Positions 1 to 9,196 of a DNA stretch of 64,000 bases are shown piece after piece (the stretch's first letter is position 1; each line of letters opens with the position of its first letter). The stretch is from Patescibacteria group bacterium. GTDB lineage: Bacteria; Patescibacteriota; Patescibacteriia; UBA9934. The stretch is taken from assembly GCA_049296775.1 (NCBI GenBank), contig JBAQTB010000003.1:204766-268765 (forward strand), in the 5' to 3' direction. A model generated the notes under the pieces. The model was not told the origin of the DNA, did no database searches, and was given only the letters and a program-made list of their open reading frames with translations. The position numbers and the translations under genes are program-made.

Positions 1-249
1 GCCAAAGTACTTGGTGAAGACCGGAATGAAACAAGCTGACAGTGCGCCAATGACGATCAACTGAAAAATGAAATCCGGTACCCGAAACGCTGCGTAATAA
101 ATGTCGAGCTCATCCCCCGCTCCAAAGATACCGGCCAAAATACGATCACGAACAAAGCCCACCAACCGTGAAAGTAAAGAAAAACCAGCCACAATGACAG
201 CCGCACTCACGACTGAGCTAGACTGCACTGAGAAGAGTCGCTTGATCAT
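1..249 (-). CDS. murJ: Lipid II flippase MurJ/MviN, N-terminal part only (gene runs off left edge of window)
   Basis: Minus-strand translation from ATG at 249-247 gives MIKRLFSVQSSSVVSAAVIVAGFSLLSRLVGFVRDRILAGIFGAGDELDIYYAAFRVPDFIFQLIVIGALSACFIPVFTKYFG, matching the conserved MurJ N-terminal signature (LSR..GF.RD...A..FGAG...D.Y..AFR.P....L...GALSA.FIP.F); start overlaps stop of upstream gene (ATGA). Confidence 0.75.
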   Translation of the reverse strand, partial: MIKRLFSVQSSSVVSAAVIVAGFSLLSRLVGFVRDRILAGIFGAGDELDIYYAAFRVPDFIFQLIVIGALSACFIPVFTKYFG

Positions 250-1403
250 ACTTCTTCTCCCCTACGCAAACGCAAGATGAGTAACACCAAGCCGATCAGG
301 GTTAGAACGAGGACGCCGACTGTTAACAAGAGTAAAGGATTGCTCAAGTGAAAGAACGACACACTGATGACCTCTGAATCACTTGTCACCTGGCCACTGG
401 CGTCCACTGAGCCCAAAGTCACGGTGTAATCTCCAGAAGCAGAAAAGGTGTGGGTGATTGTGGTTTGCACGGAAGTGGAGCCGTCACCGAAGTCCCAAGC
501 AAACGTGTAAGCTTCCCCGCCGAGCGGTTGAATGGCCACGAACTCGTAAGTGCGCCAATTAATTTGGCGATACGTAAATCTAGCCGCGGGTGAATTAATT
601 GGCGCTCCCGCCCCTAAGCCCGACAAGTCAAGCGCCACCTCTTGCGGCTCAGCGATCGCCTCTTCTGCTACTTCGCCTAAAACTGCTGGCACCGGCTCTG
701 ACACTTTCACCGGCTCGACTGACTCTTCTTTGACGACTGGTTTAACTTCTGGGGGAGTCACGACCACAGGCTTCACTTCTGCCACGGGTGGCGGAGCTAC
801 CTCAACCACAGGCTCAACGACCACTTTGGATTTAGAGGCGTCCCTGGGAAAAGCATCATCGTCATTTAAGACGCCGTCATTGTCGATGTCGGCATCGCAT
901 TCGTCACCCTTGCCGTCCTGATCAAAATCGACCTGATCTGGATTGCTAGTTTGCTTACAATTATCTGTGGCGTTGTCTACCCCGTCCCGATCGTCATCGG
1001 AGATCGTCTTAAACAACGGCGTCACGGCCACGTCATTACCGGGGTTAGTATCGACTGGATTTGAGCCTTGAATAACAGCTCTAATGTTAAAAGCTCCGTC
1101 TGGCAAAATAAAATCGACAAACACGTCATCCTTACCGCCATCCGCCAACACGGAAATATGTTGCGAGACTCCAATCAATGTGTCGCTCTTATAAAAGAAA
1201 ACCTGAGCCGAAGCATCCACGTCACCCTGATTTTTAATCGTGGCGTAAATTCTTACGTTCTCACCTGAGTAAAGTTCGTCTTCAGAGAAACGAATAGAAC
1301 TGGCCGAGATCGACAAGTCTACAGTTTCGGCTTGAGCCGCAAACGGTAGGCCCAGGGCTACAAGGCTAGCTAAGATAAAACTCCCGGCAATAACATGGCG
1401 CAT
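246..1403 (-). CDS. Secreted/membrane-anchored surface protein with thrombospondin type-3-like Ca-binding repeats and C-terminal PKD-like domain plus C-terminal TM anchor
   Basis: N-terminal signal peptide (MRHVIAGSFILASLVALGLPFAAQA); repeated DxDxDGxxDxxDxC / DQDGKGDECD motifs; Pro/Val/Glu-rich linker; FAWDFGDGS PKD-like motif; C-terminal hydrophobic segment + RLRRGEE. Confidence 0.6.
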   Translation of the reverse strand: MRHVIAGSFILASLVALGLPFAAQAETVDLSISASSIRFSEDELYSGENVRIYATIKNQGDVDASAQVFFYKSDTLIGVSQHISVLADGGKDDVFVDFILPDGAFNIRAVIQGSNPVDTNPGNDVAVTPLFKTISDDDRDGVDNATDNCKQTSNPDQVDFDQDGKGDECDADIDNDGVLNDDDAFPRDASKSKVVVEPVVEVAPPPVAEVKPVVVTPPEVKPVVKEESVEPVKVSEPVPAVLGEVAEEAIAEPQEVALDLSGLGAGAPINSPAARFTYRQINWRTYEFVAIQPLGGEAYTFAWDFGDGSTSVQTTITHTFSASGDYTVTLGSVDASGQVTSDSEVISVSFFHLSNPLLLLTVGVLVLTLIGLVLLILRLRRGEEV

Positions 1404-1405
1404 AT

Positions 1406-1993
1406 TTATGAGTTCAATTCACGTAATCTAGCGTGCAGCACCCCGGTCAACCAGTAATCCCTGGCGTAATCCGCGTGCACCTGTAAGCGTAAACGATACG
1501 TAGGGTGCACTCTGACAATCACATCTTTCAGCGTGCGCGGAGCATCGCCTAAAATGTCCAAAGCGACGCGCTTACCATTCTCTAAACGCAAAGCATGAGC
1601 TTCCGTGTCTGACACATGCAAATGCGCCATCGGGACAATAACACTCGCCTTAGCCTTCACCTCACCCGCTGGCCCCACCAATCTACAATCCCCCGCTGCT
1701 GCCAGATCGCCGGATTTTGCTAGCGGCGCATTAATGCCGAGCAAGAGCGCCTCGGTGGGCGTAAGTTCTACCTGCGTAGCCCGGCGGTACGGACCAAGTA
1801 CCCGCAATTGCAAGCTCCGCTTTAGTTTACCAAAAATTTCGAGCGTTTCCGTATAGGCATATTGGCCGTGCTGGGATAATTCCACCGCAACTGTGCCAGC
1901 ATGACCGGTACCAAAAAGTGCAGCATGGTCCTCCGCTGACAGATGAATATGCGATGGGATAATCTCAACAGGAATGGGCCTAGCCATAATCAT
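1406..1993 (-). CDS. PduL-like phosphate acyltransferase (two PduL repeats)
   Basis: Two copies of the PduL motif: IPSHIHLSAEDHAALFG and IVPMAHLHVSDTEAHAL, size ~195 aa typical of PduL family. Confidence 0.6.
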   Translation of the reverse strand: MIMARPIPVEIIPSHIHLSAEDHAALFGTGHAGTVAVELSQHGQYAYTETLEIFGKLKRSLQLRVLGPYRRATQVELTPTEALLLGINAPLAKSGDLAAAGDCRLVGPAGEVKAKASVIVPMAHLHVSDTEAHALRLENGKRVALDILGDAPRTLKDVIVRVHPTYRLRLQVHADYARDYWLTGVLHARLRELNS

Positions 1994-2047
1994 GGCTATT
2001 GTAGCATGTCTCTCTACCTCCCCTTAGTCCCCGCCTGTTAAATTCTA

Positions 2048-2788
2048 TTATCTAAATTCTTTCTCGTTATGTACATCATCGTAGCCGAAGTCGTAATGAA
2101 AGAGATCGTGGCGGATGGGGCCTAGGAAAAGCATGTGCAATTCTGCCAGGGCGTATTTGATGCCGACGTTCAAAGAACCGTCACGTCTAAAGCGTCGGTC
2201 AGTCACGCCGATACTCACAGTATTCAAAAAACCGAATTTACCTAACTTGCTAGCTCTGCCAGCTAACTCATGATCTTCCCCCAATAACACTGAAGGATCG
2301 AAACCACCGACTGCCTCGAATAATTGTCGTTGAATAAAAATGCAGAAACCCGGAGCGTGTGGACGCACCGCGCCCCACAACCGCACGTAGCGATTGTAAA
2401 TACGATGCCCCAATTTATCGGCCCAAGACCCGTTCAGTAACTCGATATAGGTCGTGGCGACAGCTAAGTGCTTGGCCTGCATTTCAGCTAAGGCGTTTTC
2501 AATAAACTTGGGATCGTCAATCTTGACATCGGAATCTAAAAACAAAATCACGTCACCAGTAGCATGTTTAGCGCCGGCGTTTCTTCCCGGGCCCGGCATA
2601 CCGCCTTCTACCACTAAACAGCCACCGGCTAAAGCTAAGTCTCTAGTTTTATCTGTAGAGTGTGCGTCAGCCAAAATCACCTGGATAGGTTGATGCGTCT
2701 GGCGTTTTAACCCTTCTAACACCAACGGCAAATAACGTTCTTCATTTTTGGCAGGAATAACTACTGACACCGTAGGAGACATTGGCAT
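2048..2788 (-). CDS. Glycosyltransferase family 2
   Basis: VSVVIPAKNEE...LADAHSTDKT GT2 N-terminal signature, DSD motif. Confidence 0.7.
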   Translation of the reverse strand: MPMSPTVSVVIPAKNEERYLPLVLEGLKRQTHQPIQVILADAHSTDKTRDLALAGGCLVVEGGMPGPGRNAGAKHATGDVILFLDSDVKIDDPKFIENALAEMQAKHLAVATTYIELLNGSWADKLGHRIYNRYVRLWGAVRPHAPGFCIFIQRQLFEAVGGFDPSVLLGEDHELAGRASKLGKFGFLNTVSIGVTDRRFRRDGSLNVGIKYALAELHMLFLGPIRHDLFHYDFGYDDVHNEKEFR

Positions 2789-2793
2789 AAATT

Positions 2794-2870
2794 TGGTGTG
2801 CCCGGCGCGATTCGAACGTGCGATCTCTTCCTTCGGAGGGAAGCGCTTTATCCAGCTAAGCTACGGGCAC
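2794..2870 (-). tRNA. tRNA-Arg (anticodon CCG), CCA encoded
   Basis: Reverse complement folds as GUGCCCG/CGGGCAC acceptor, D arm GCUUAGCUGGAUAAAGC, anticodon stem CUUCC/GGAAG with loop CUCCGAA, T arm GCACG-UUCGAAU-CGCGC, ACCA 3 prime end; close to E. coli tRNA-Arg(CCG) layout. Confidence 0.85.
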
Positions 2871-2887
2871 ATGACACCAGTGCGGGG

Positions 2888-3322
2888 TTACTTCTGACTT
2901 AAAACGTACATGGCCACACCGCTAGCTACAGAAACATTCAATGACTGCTTCTTAACCATAGGGATTACGGTCTTGCCATCTACTAACGCCAAAGTGTCTT
3001 GATCTATACCTTCGACCTCGTTACCCAGAATGAGAGCGATCTTAGGTACGGCGACAGTTGCAAGGTCGATAGCGTCACTCCCGGTCTCAAGCGCGTATAC
3101 TTGGTAACCAGACTGTTTCACACTGGCGATTACAGTCTCAATCATACCAGCTTCCCACGGCACCAAGTCCTCAGCTCCAAGCGCTACCTTAGCGATCTCT
3201 TTTCTGGGGGGAGTGGCAGTGAAACCGGTCAAATATAATTTTTCGATGCCAAAAGCCGCGGCATTCCGGAAAATTGAGCCGATATTGTGGAGACTCCGGA
3301 TATTGTGAGCAATCACGATCAT
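2888..3322 (-). CDS. SpoU/TrmH-family RNA 2-prime-O-methyltransferase (TrmL-size)
   Basis: HNIRSLHNIGSIFRNAAAFG and LILGNEVEGI motifs of SPOUT methylases; 144 aa. Confidence 0.75.
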   Translation of the reverse strand: MIVIAHNIRSLHNIGSIFRNAAAFGIEKLYLTGFTATPPRKEIAKVALGAEDLVPWEAGMIETVIASVKQSGYQVYALETGSDAIDLATVAVPKIALILGNEVEGIDQDTLALVDGKTVIPMVKKQSLNVSVASGVAMYVLSQK

Positions 3323-3390
3323 GCGGCCGTAGCGTAATGCATGTAGCGGCTTTTTACAAACCTAGACAATTAAGGTAAGACTAGCAATAT

Positions 3391-4557
3391 ATGGAAATTT
3401 TATGTCCGAATCATGAGGTCTGTGGCTCTTGCGGCTGGTCACATATCCCCTACCCTAAACAACTCCAGCAAAAACTTTCTGACATTAACGGGTCACTCAA
3501 GATCAAGAATTTGGATTTGCGGGTGAATGAAATCCTGTCAGCGCCAATTACCGAACATTACCGGAATCGCATGGATTTTGTGATTGATTGGCAAGGGGCC
3601 ATGGGACTACGTGAAAAAGGTAAATGGTGGAAAGTTATTGATAATCACCCCTGCTTCTTGGCAGACGAACAGATCGAGAAACTCTTCTCGATCACGCGTG
3701 ATTGGGTGAAGACATCAGGCTTATCGTTTTATGATCGCAAGGCCAACGTCGGTTTGTTGCGTTACGCTGTGATTCGCTCCACCACACTTGGACAAACCAT
3801 GCTCAACATTGTCACCAGTGCACCCAAGGATGCCGATGAAGAAGCACAGACCAAACTCGCGCTAGAACGACTCATCGAACTCGCGGCGCCCACCACGTTG
3901 ATCTGGTCACTTAATCACACCGTCACCGATGTGTCTTTTGGTGACGAGGTGCGTGTCCTGCATGGCCCCGGCACGATTGAAGAACAGATTGGCGGTTACA
4001 AGTACCGGATTTCTCCTAACGCTTTTTTTCAGACGAATCCGCGTGGGGCTGAGTTACTGCTGGATACCGTGCGGGAATTTGCGCTCGGTGATCCGGATGC
4101 CAGAGCTGACCAAACGATCGTCTCTACCACGGGAAAGACGTTATTGGATCTGTATTGTGGATCTGGTTTTTTTGGAGTGGCGCTGGCTAATGATTTTGCT
4201 AAAACCGTCGGCGTTGAACTGGTTCAATCAGCCATCAACGACGCCCGCGTCAATGCTGAATTGAACGGCGTCAATATCGAATTCCATGACGCTAAAACCG
4301 AAGATTTCGATTGGATGAAAATTGGTGCCGACGTGGTTATTCTCGACCCTCCACGCGCCGGGATGCATGACAAAGCCCTCGCTGACGTTATCAGTGCCCT
4401 GCCCGCTAGGATAGTTTACGTCTCCTGTAATTACAAAAACTTTGCCAGAGAAATGGTAGAACTGACCAAATACTACGACGTCGAAGCTATCCGCGCCGTA
4501 GACATGTTCCCCCACACCCCACACGTAGAACTAGTCGCAGCTCTAATGCGGAAATAA
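3391..4557 (+). CDS. Class I SAM-dependent RNA m5U methyltransferase (RlmD/TrmA family) with N-terminal Cys cluster
   Basis: N-terminal CPNHEVCGSCGW Cys cluster, SAM motif DLYCGSGFFGVALA, C-terminal VYVSCN catalytic region. Confidence 0.75.
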   Translation: MEILCPNHEVCGSCGWSHIPYPKQLQQKLSDINGSLKIKNLDLRVNEILSAPITEHYRNRMDFVIDWQGAMGLREKGKWWKVIDNHPCFLADEQIEKLFSITRDWVKTSGLSFYDRKANVGLLRYAVIRSTTLGQTMLNIVTSAPKDADEEAQTKLALERLIELAAPTTLIWSLNHTVTDVSFGDEVRVLHGPGTIEEQIGGYKYRISPNAFFQTNPRGAELLLDTVREFALGDPDARADQTIVSTTGKTLLDLYCGSGFFGVALANDFAKTVGVELVQSAINDARVNAELNGVNIEFHDAKTEDFDWMKIGADVVILDPPRAGMHDKALADVISALPARIVYVSCNYKNFAREMVELTKYYDVEAIRAVDMFPHTPHVELVAALMRK

Positions 4558-4590
4558 AAAAAACGCCCCGCACGTTTAGACGTACGGGGC
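4553..4590 (-). terminator. Intrinsic terminator read on minus strand (11-bp stem, 1 mismatch, followed by U8)
   Basis: Plus-strand aaaaaaaacGCCCCGCACGTttagACGTACGGGGC; on minus strand the hairpin is followed by UUUUUUUU; on plus strand no U-run follows. Confidence 0.6.
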
Positions 4591-5020
4591 TCAGACAATG
4601 GGCATCACGATGATTCCCTACGGTGATATGGCCGCCTTCGGCGCGTGGCGGGCCAATGTGTTGAAATGATACCGTCTTGCTCGACTGAGCTCAACGGCGC
4701 TTGGTGTTTAAGGCTTACCCCCTGCACCGTTATAGCGTGCAGGGCTTAGACAGGCGTCATGAGTGACTCCAATAAGTCCGTTTGGCTACCGGTCGGCGCG
4801 TCGTTTTGCGAGCCCGGATGGTCGAAGCCAAGGGTTGATGTTTTGCCGGCGAAATTACCGACGGCGCGATTATTATCCCAACGCGTAATAACTTAGCGTT
4901 CAGCGGAAATTCCGCCGCGGGGGGAGTCGCATCCAAGCCAGGCCTGAACACGACTGCAGTAAGATAGCACAAATACTAGCTTTTGTCAAGCTAGTATGCT
5001 GAGTATTTAGCTAACTGTAG
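4591..5020 (-). ncRNA. Candidate structured non-coding RNA (identity unresolved) between uppS and the terminator
   Basis: ~430 bp without convincing ORF (only a 71-aa low-complexity ORF), several local hairpins (GGCCGCCUUCGGCG..., CCUGCACCGUUAUAGCGUGCAGG), ends at strong terminator on the minus strand; no RNase P / tmRNA / SRP consensus recognised by eye. Confidence 0.2.
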
Positions 5021-5809
5021 CTATTTTCCAAACCTACGATGTCTGGCCTGAAAGGAGCGTAAAGCTCTTAAAAAATCGACTCGTCTAAAGCCTGGCCAAT
5101 TGACATCCAAAAAATAATATTCACTAAAAGCCGCCTGCCACAGCAAAAAACCACTTAATCTGACTTCTCCGGAAGTTCTGATAATAAAGTCCGGATCGGG
5201 CACGTCGCCGTTGTACATGAATTTCGATAACGATTCTTCCGTCATGCGGGCGGCCGTATCTGTCACCGACAAACCTTCACGCTCACTAGCGAGCATGTAG
5301 CTCTTGCAAGCGTCCACAATCTCTTCCCTGCCGCCGTACGCCAACGCTAGCTGCACCAACATGCCCTTACGGTTAGCCGTGGTCGTTTCAAGGTCCTGCA
5401 AGGCGGCCTGCACGTCAGCCGGCAAATCATCTTTCCGGCCCAAGACCCTCACCCTGACATCATGTTTGATAAACTCCTCGTCTGTTTTCATAGCCTGGGC
5501 CTGATCGATGAAAAGTTGCATCAAAGCCTTGACCTCTTCTGGATCTCTAGAAAAATTCTGCGTACTAAACAGCCACAAAGTCACCACGGGAATTTTAAAT
5601 TCGCCGCACCAGGTCAACAAAGTGCGGACTTTTTTGGCCCCTAATCTATGCCCTTCACTGGTAGGCAATCCCAAAGCCTTAGCATGCCTGCGATTACCAT
5701 CCAAAATCACCCCCAAATGTTTTGGGAACGGCCCTGCCTCCAACCGTCGCATCAGACGGAAATCGTAAATTACGTATAACCAAGATTTTATCAGGGCTTT
5801 TAGTGGCAT
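5021..5809 (-). CDS. uppS: Undecaprenyl-diphosphate synthase (isoprenyl transferase)
   Basis: HLGVILDGNRRHAK, RTSGEVRLSGFLLWQ signature motifs. Confidence 0.9.
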   Translation of the reverse strand: MPLKALIKSWLYVIYDFRLMRRLEAGPFPKHLGVILDGNRRHAKALGLPTSEGHRLGAKKVRTLLTWCGEFKIPVVTLWLFSTQNFSRDPEEVKALMQLFIDQAQAMKTDEEFIKHDVRVRVLGRKDDLPADVQAALQDLETTTANRKGMLVQLALAYGGREEIVDACKSYMLASEREGLSVTDTAARMTEESLSKFMYNGDVPDPDFIIRTSGEVRLSGFLLWQAAFSEYYFLDVNWPGFRRVDFLRALRSFQARHRRFGK

Positions 5810-6114
5810 AAATCATTTATCGATCTAAACTTTATATACTCACCTTGCCACATAAAAGCAAAAATGTCTCATAGAGACATTTAAGCTAGACTTTAGAATT
5901 TAGTTGTATTTACCGTTTCGCTCGAAGGATTACGCGTAGTATCCTCATCGTTATGCGCTTACGAGGGCTTGGTTTACTTCCTGTAAATCTTGATTCTCGC
6001 TGATGAGCATGGCCAAGGCCGCGCAAGCAATAGCGAGTGTAAGAATTGTAACTGTCCAAATCGCCGTTTCAGAGACGCCTCTCTTTACCCCCTTCGATTT
6101 AGCCATATGTGTAA

Positions 6115-6891
6115 TTAAGTATTATGAGAGACTTTTAACGGTGTCTGTGCCCGCATCTTTTGGTACATGTACGCCTGAGCACTAAGCCCAACCATACTAG
6201 CGCCGAATACCACGACAAGCGCGTAAACGCCCACCAGGAACAGCGCGATTAAAACCAACCAAAATGGTAGCTGAGCAGCCATCATGGCACCTGCGATACC
6301 CATTGGCACTACCAACAAGGCAGCAACCATCAATCCGAGTCCTAAGCCGAATAAGAAAATCGTCATCTTATTGCCCTTGGTTAAGTGCATACTGTCCTCC
6401 AAAGCCTCAATAGCATTAGTCTGTTTGTCGACAATACTAAAAAGATTGAAAGAAAACATGATACTGGCAATAATGCCAGGCACGATCAATAGCACAAAAC
6501 CAACCATGATAATGAGATACATCAAAATCGTTGAGCCCAATGCCTGGAGAAACAATTTAGGATCGACCTTGATTAAGGTCGGAATATCTAAATCTTTATG
6601 CTTGGCGATTCTCAATATTCCAGCAATAGCGACTAAGCCAACATAAACATTTAAGGCGAAGGACAAGATTGAATCGATTAAATTAGGTATTGCTAATTTC
6701 GCATCGATAATCAAGTAAATAATGCCCGGCACGAAACTAATCGCGAAAATAAGGAGAAAAAGAATTAGATACTTCATCCAACTGGTCTTGGTCATTTCCC
6801 AACTAGCGGTGAAGACTTCCTGCACGCCGAACGCTGATGTAGTTTTATTCATAGTTACGCAGCATAATAGCACGAAAAACTTGCTTTTCAA
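6115..6891 (-). CDS. Polytopic integral membrane protein of unknown function
   Basis: 6-7 predicted hydrophobic helices, no catalytic motif recognised. Confidence 0.5.
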   Translation of the reverse strand: MKSKFFVLLCCVTMNKTTSAFGVQEVFTASWEMTKTSWMKYLILFLLIFAISFVPGIIYLIIDAKLAIPNLIDSILSFALNVYVGLVAIAGILRIAKHKDLDIPTLIKVDPKLFLQALGSTILMYLIIMVGFVLLIVPGIIASIMFSFNLFSIVDKQTNAIEALEDSMHLTKGNKMTIFLFGLGLGLMVAALLVVPMGIAGAMMAAQLPFWLVLIALFLVGVYALVVVFGASMVGLSAQAYMYQKMRAQTPLKVSHNT

Positions 6892-6956
6892 GAGCTTTCC
6901 TGCTAAACTGTGTACTTAATCTTTTTTTGCAGACTATCTGCACTGATCACCTCAAT

Positions 6957-7808
6957 ATGAAGTCTGGTCTCATTACGATTATTGGTCGCTCTAACGTTGG
7001 CAAATCAACCTTGTTAAACACCCTAATCGGCTCCAAAGTTGCCATTACCACGCCTAAACCGCAAACTACCCGTTTGCCCATTTCCGGCATTATCACCCGT
7101 CCAGACGGCCAGGCTGTCATTGTCGACACCCCGGGTATCATGCAAAAGGCCAAAGATCCGTTAACGCAACGTTTGCTGAGCTATGCCAAAGAGTCCCTAC
7201 ACGGGATTGATGCTTTGATTTATGTAGCTGACCCGACCCGTTCCATGGGTGACGAGGAAAAGCAGGCGCTTAAGCTGATCGAGGGTATCGACAAGCCCAA
7301 GTTGCTTGTTATCAACATGATCGACAACAAAGAGTCACGGAATTTTATCGATTACTACCGCGATTTGAAAGATCAATTCGATAATTACGTAGAAGTTTCG
7401 GCTTTAACCGCCAAAAATACCGACCTGGTTGAAAAATGGATTTTTGAACAATTACCAGAAGGCGAACCGATGTATCCAGAATTTCAGTTTACCAATCTCT
7501 CCAATGAGACTTGGTTAGCCGAGTTAATTCGTGAAAAACTTTTCTTGCGTTTACGTCAGGAAGTCCCCTACTCAACCCACGTTGAGGTGAATTCGGTTGA
7601 ACCAAGAAGTGATCAATTGATCTATATCAACGCGACTATTTACACCAACGCTGAACGGTACAAGCCGATGATCATCGGTAAAGGTGGCCAAGGAATTCGG
7701 GAGATCGGACAATCCGTCCGCAATGAACTCGAAGCCGTATCAGACAAGCAATATTACATCGAACTAAACGTCAAAACCGATCCGCATTGGCTTGCCAAGT
7801 TTGAGTAA
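6957..7808 (+). CDS. era: GTPase Era
   Basis: IIGRSNVGKSTLLN (G1), DTPG (G3), NMID (G4) and C-terminal KH domain; ORF-track start 6927 is a TTG, first in-frame ATG at 6957 gives canonical Era N-terminus MKSGLITIIGRSNVGKST. Confidence 0.85.
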   Translation: MKSGLITIIGRSNVGKSTLLNTLIGSKVAITTPKPQTTRLPISGIITRPDGQAVIVDTPGIMQKAKDPLTQRLLSYAKESLHGIDALIYVADPTRSMGDEEKQALKLIEGIDKPKLLVINMIDNKESRNFIDYYRDLKDQFDNYVEVSALTAKNTDLVEKWIFEQLPEGEPMYPEFQFTNLSNETWLAELIREKLFLRLRQEVPYSTHVEVNSVEPRSDQLIYINATIYTNAERYKPMIIGKGGQGIREIGQSVRNELEAVSDKQYYIELNVKTDPHWLAKFE

Positions 7809-7871
7809 AATGCAACGACCTCCCCTTAATCCCCTCCTTGATAAGGAGGGGAAGTGCATCGCGCCAGAAAT

Positions 7872-8792
7872 CTATCTTGTGTAATTAGTAACTTGATAGC
7901 CGGTGATTTCGAATTCGTCTGTGACGAAGCCGAGGGCTTCGGTGCCGTAGGCCCAGGCTTTGAGTTCGACTTTTAAAATGAGAGGATTTTCCGGATCAGC
8001 CAGAATCGTGAAGGTGGCTAATTTGTTTTCCGCTTGAATAGTGGTCACACGGACTTTTTTGCCATTCACTTGCAGCGTGTATTTACCCCAGGCGGCGTCA
8101 GCCTCAATTTCTGTAATATCGACCTCTTCTGCCGATACCTCCACAGGACTACCGGATTGTAATTTCGAGAGTAAATCTTTAAACGCATCGGCCGCCTTGG
8201 CGAGTCCAGCGAGATTGGCATCAAACGAGCTCAGCGCTAAATTAGTATGTCGAGTAGCTGCCAATTCGTCATAGCGCGTTTTAGACAGCCAAAGCACGGA
8301 GTTTTCTTCGCCAACGTTGGCGACCTCTCCCTCTGGCCATTCACTTGGCAAATACAAACGTCCGCCGCTCGCCAATCCGCTACTCGTTACCGAGCCTGTT
8401 AACGCGATAGTTTCATACACCGCCGCTGGTACAACCGACTCTTCCCCAACTCCGCTAGCACGTTCCGCCGCTTCACGAGCCGTCAATGAGGCCGGCGTTT
8501 CTTGTTCAAAAGTTTCTGACCAACTAAACGCCACCCGCTCGTTCGGCACAAACTCAGTAAAGGCGACGACGCGGTCGTGTTGCTTATTAAACTTGCTCAG
8601 CGGACTGATCTCCAATTTTTGCAACGTTAACGTCGACCCTGCAGCAGGTCGCAGATCTGCAACGGCTACTTCAGCCGCGCCAAACGGCATCACCAACCAC
8701 TCGGGTCGCTGACAACCGGCGCCCATCAGCAAGAATAGCGCCATCACTCCCAAGGGTCGTAAAAGTTGCATATTACGGTTTCTTACCCTCAA
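7872..8792 (-). CDS. Putative lipoprotein, function unknown
   Basis: Signal peptide ending LLMGAGC (lipobox-like), no known domain recognised. Confidence 0.5.
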   Translation of the reverse strand: MRVRNRNMQLLRPLGVMALFLLMGAGCQRPEWLVMPFGAAEVAVADLRPAAGSTLTLQKLEISPLSKFNKQHDRVVAFTEFVPNERVAFSWSETFEQETPASLTAREAAERASGVGEESVVPAAVYETIALTGSVTSSGLASGGRLYLPSEWPEGEVANVGEENSVLWLSKTRYDELAATRHTNLALSSFDANLAGLAKAADAFKDLLSKLQSGSPVEVSAEEVDITEIEADAAWGKYTLQVNGKKVRVTTIQAENKLATFTILADPENPLILKVELKAWAYGTEALGFVTDEFEITGYQVTNYTR

Positions 8793-9039
8793 CCAATGCT
8801 TTCAAAACCACCTCATCACACGATCCGCAAATGTAATGTTTAGACTCGGTGTTATAGAAAAATGGCACTCCACCGCACAAACCCTTGTCGATCTCTGACA
8901 AGCGCTTTGCATTCGCCTCATCATTCCAGACTTCGAGCTTTTCAAAAGTTACTCCCAACTTTTTCTCGATCTTAGCCACCACCGGCTTCATGGTTATGCA
9001 ATGCGGACATTTATCTCCAAAAAACTCAAGTAAGGCCAT
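8773..9039 (-). CDS. Small thioredoxin-fold redox protein with CPHC active site
   Basis: 88 aa, FGDKCPHCITMKP near N-terminus typical of Trx/Grx-like CxxC, second CGSC pair. Confidence 0.65.
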   Translation of the reverse strand: MALLEFFGDKCPHCITMKPVVAKIEKKLGVTFEKLEVWNDEANAKRLSEIDKGLCGGVPFFYNTESKHYICGSCDEVVLKALVEGKKP

Positions 9040-9159
9040 ACAGAAAAGACATTATTTTTTGATAGCGTACCATTTTTCACGCTGTAATTCGATTCCCCGC
9101 CGCTTACCAGAATAGATAGCTATTTTTTTGTGAGTTTCAAGAGGAAAAAAAGGTGCCGT

Positions 9160-9178
9160 AACCTTGCGTCGTAAAACG
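9160..9178. repeat. 19-bp direct repeat copy 1 (AACCTTGCGTCGTAAAACG) flanking structured element A
   Basis: Second copy AACCTTGCGTCGCAAAACA at 9492-9510 (17/19 identical), 332 bp apart, bracketing element A. Confidence 0.5.
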
Positions 9179-9196
9179 TTTTATTTTACGTATAAA

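Noticed and set aside
4757-4972. 71-aa ORF (minus) inside the candidate ncRNA region
   Set aside because: Biased composition (R/P/A-rich), no RBS, and it overlaps hairpin-rich sequence. It is most likely a spurious frame through a structured RNA.
4591-5020. RNase P RNA, tmRNA or SRP RNA assignment for the uppS-downstream non-coding region
   Set aside because: Read by eye on both strands, I found no P4 motifs (GGAAAGUCCGGGCUC / ACAGAAnCCGGCUUA), no tRNA-like 3-prime end with GGUUCGAnUCC plus CCA, and no SRP domain IV consensus. It is kept only as an unassigned candidate ncRNA.
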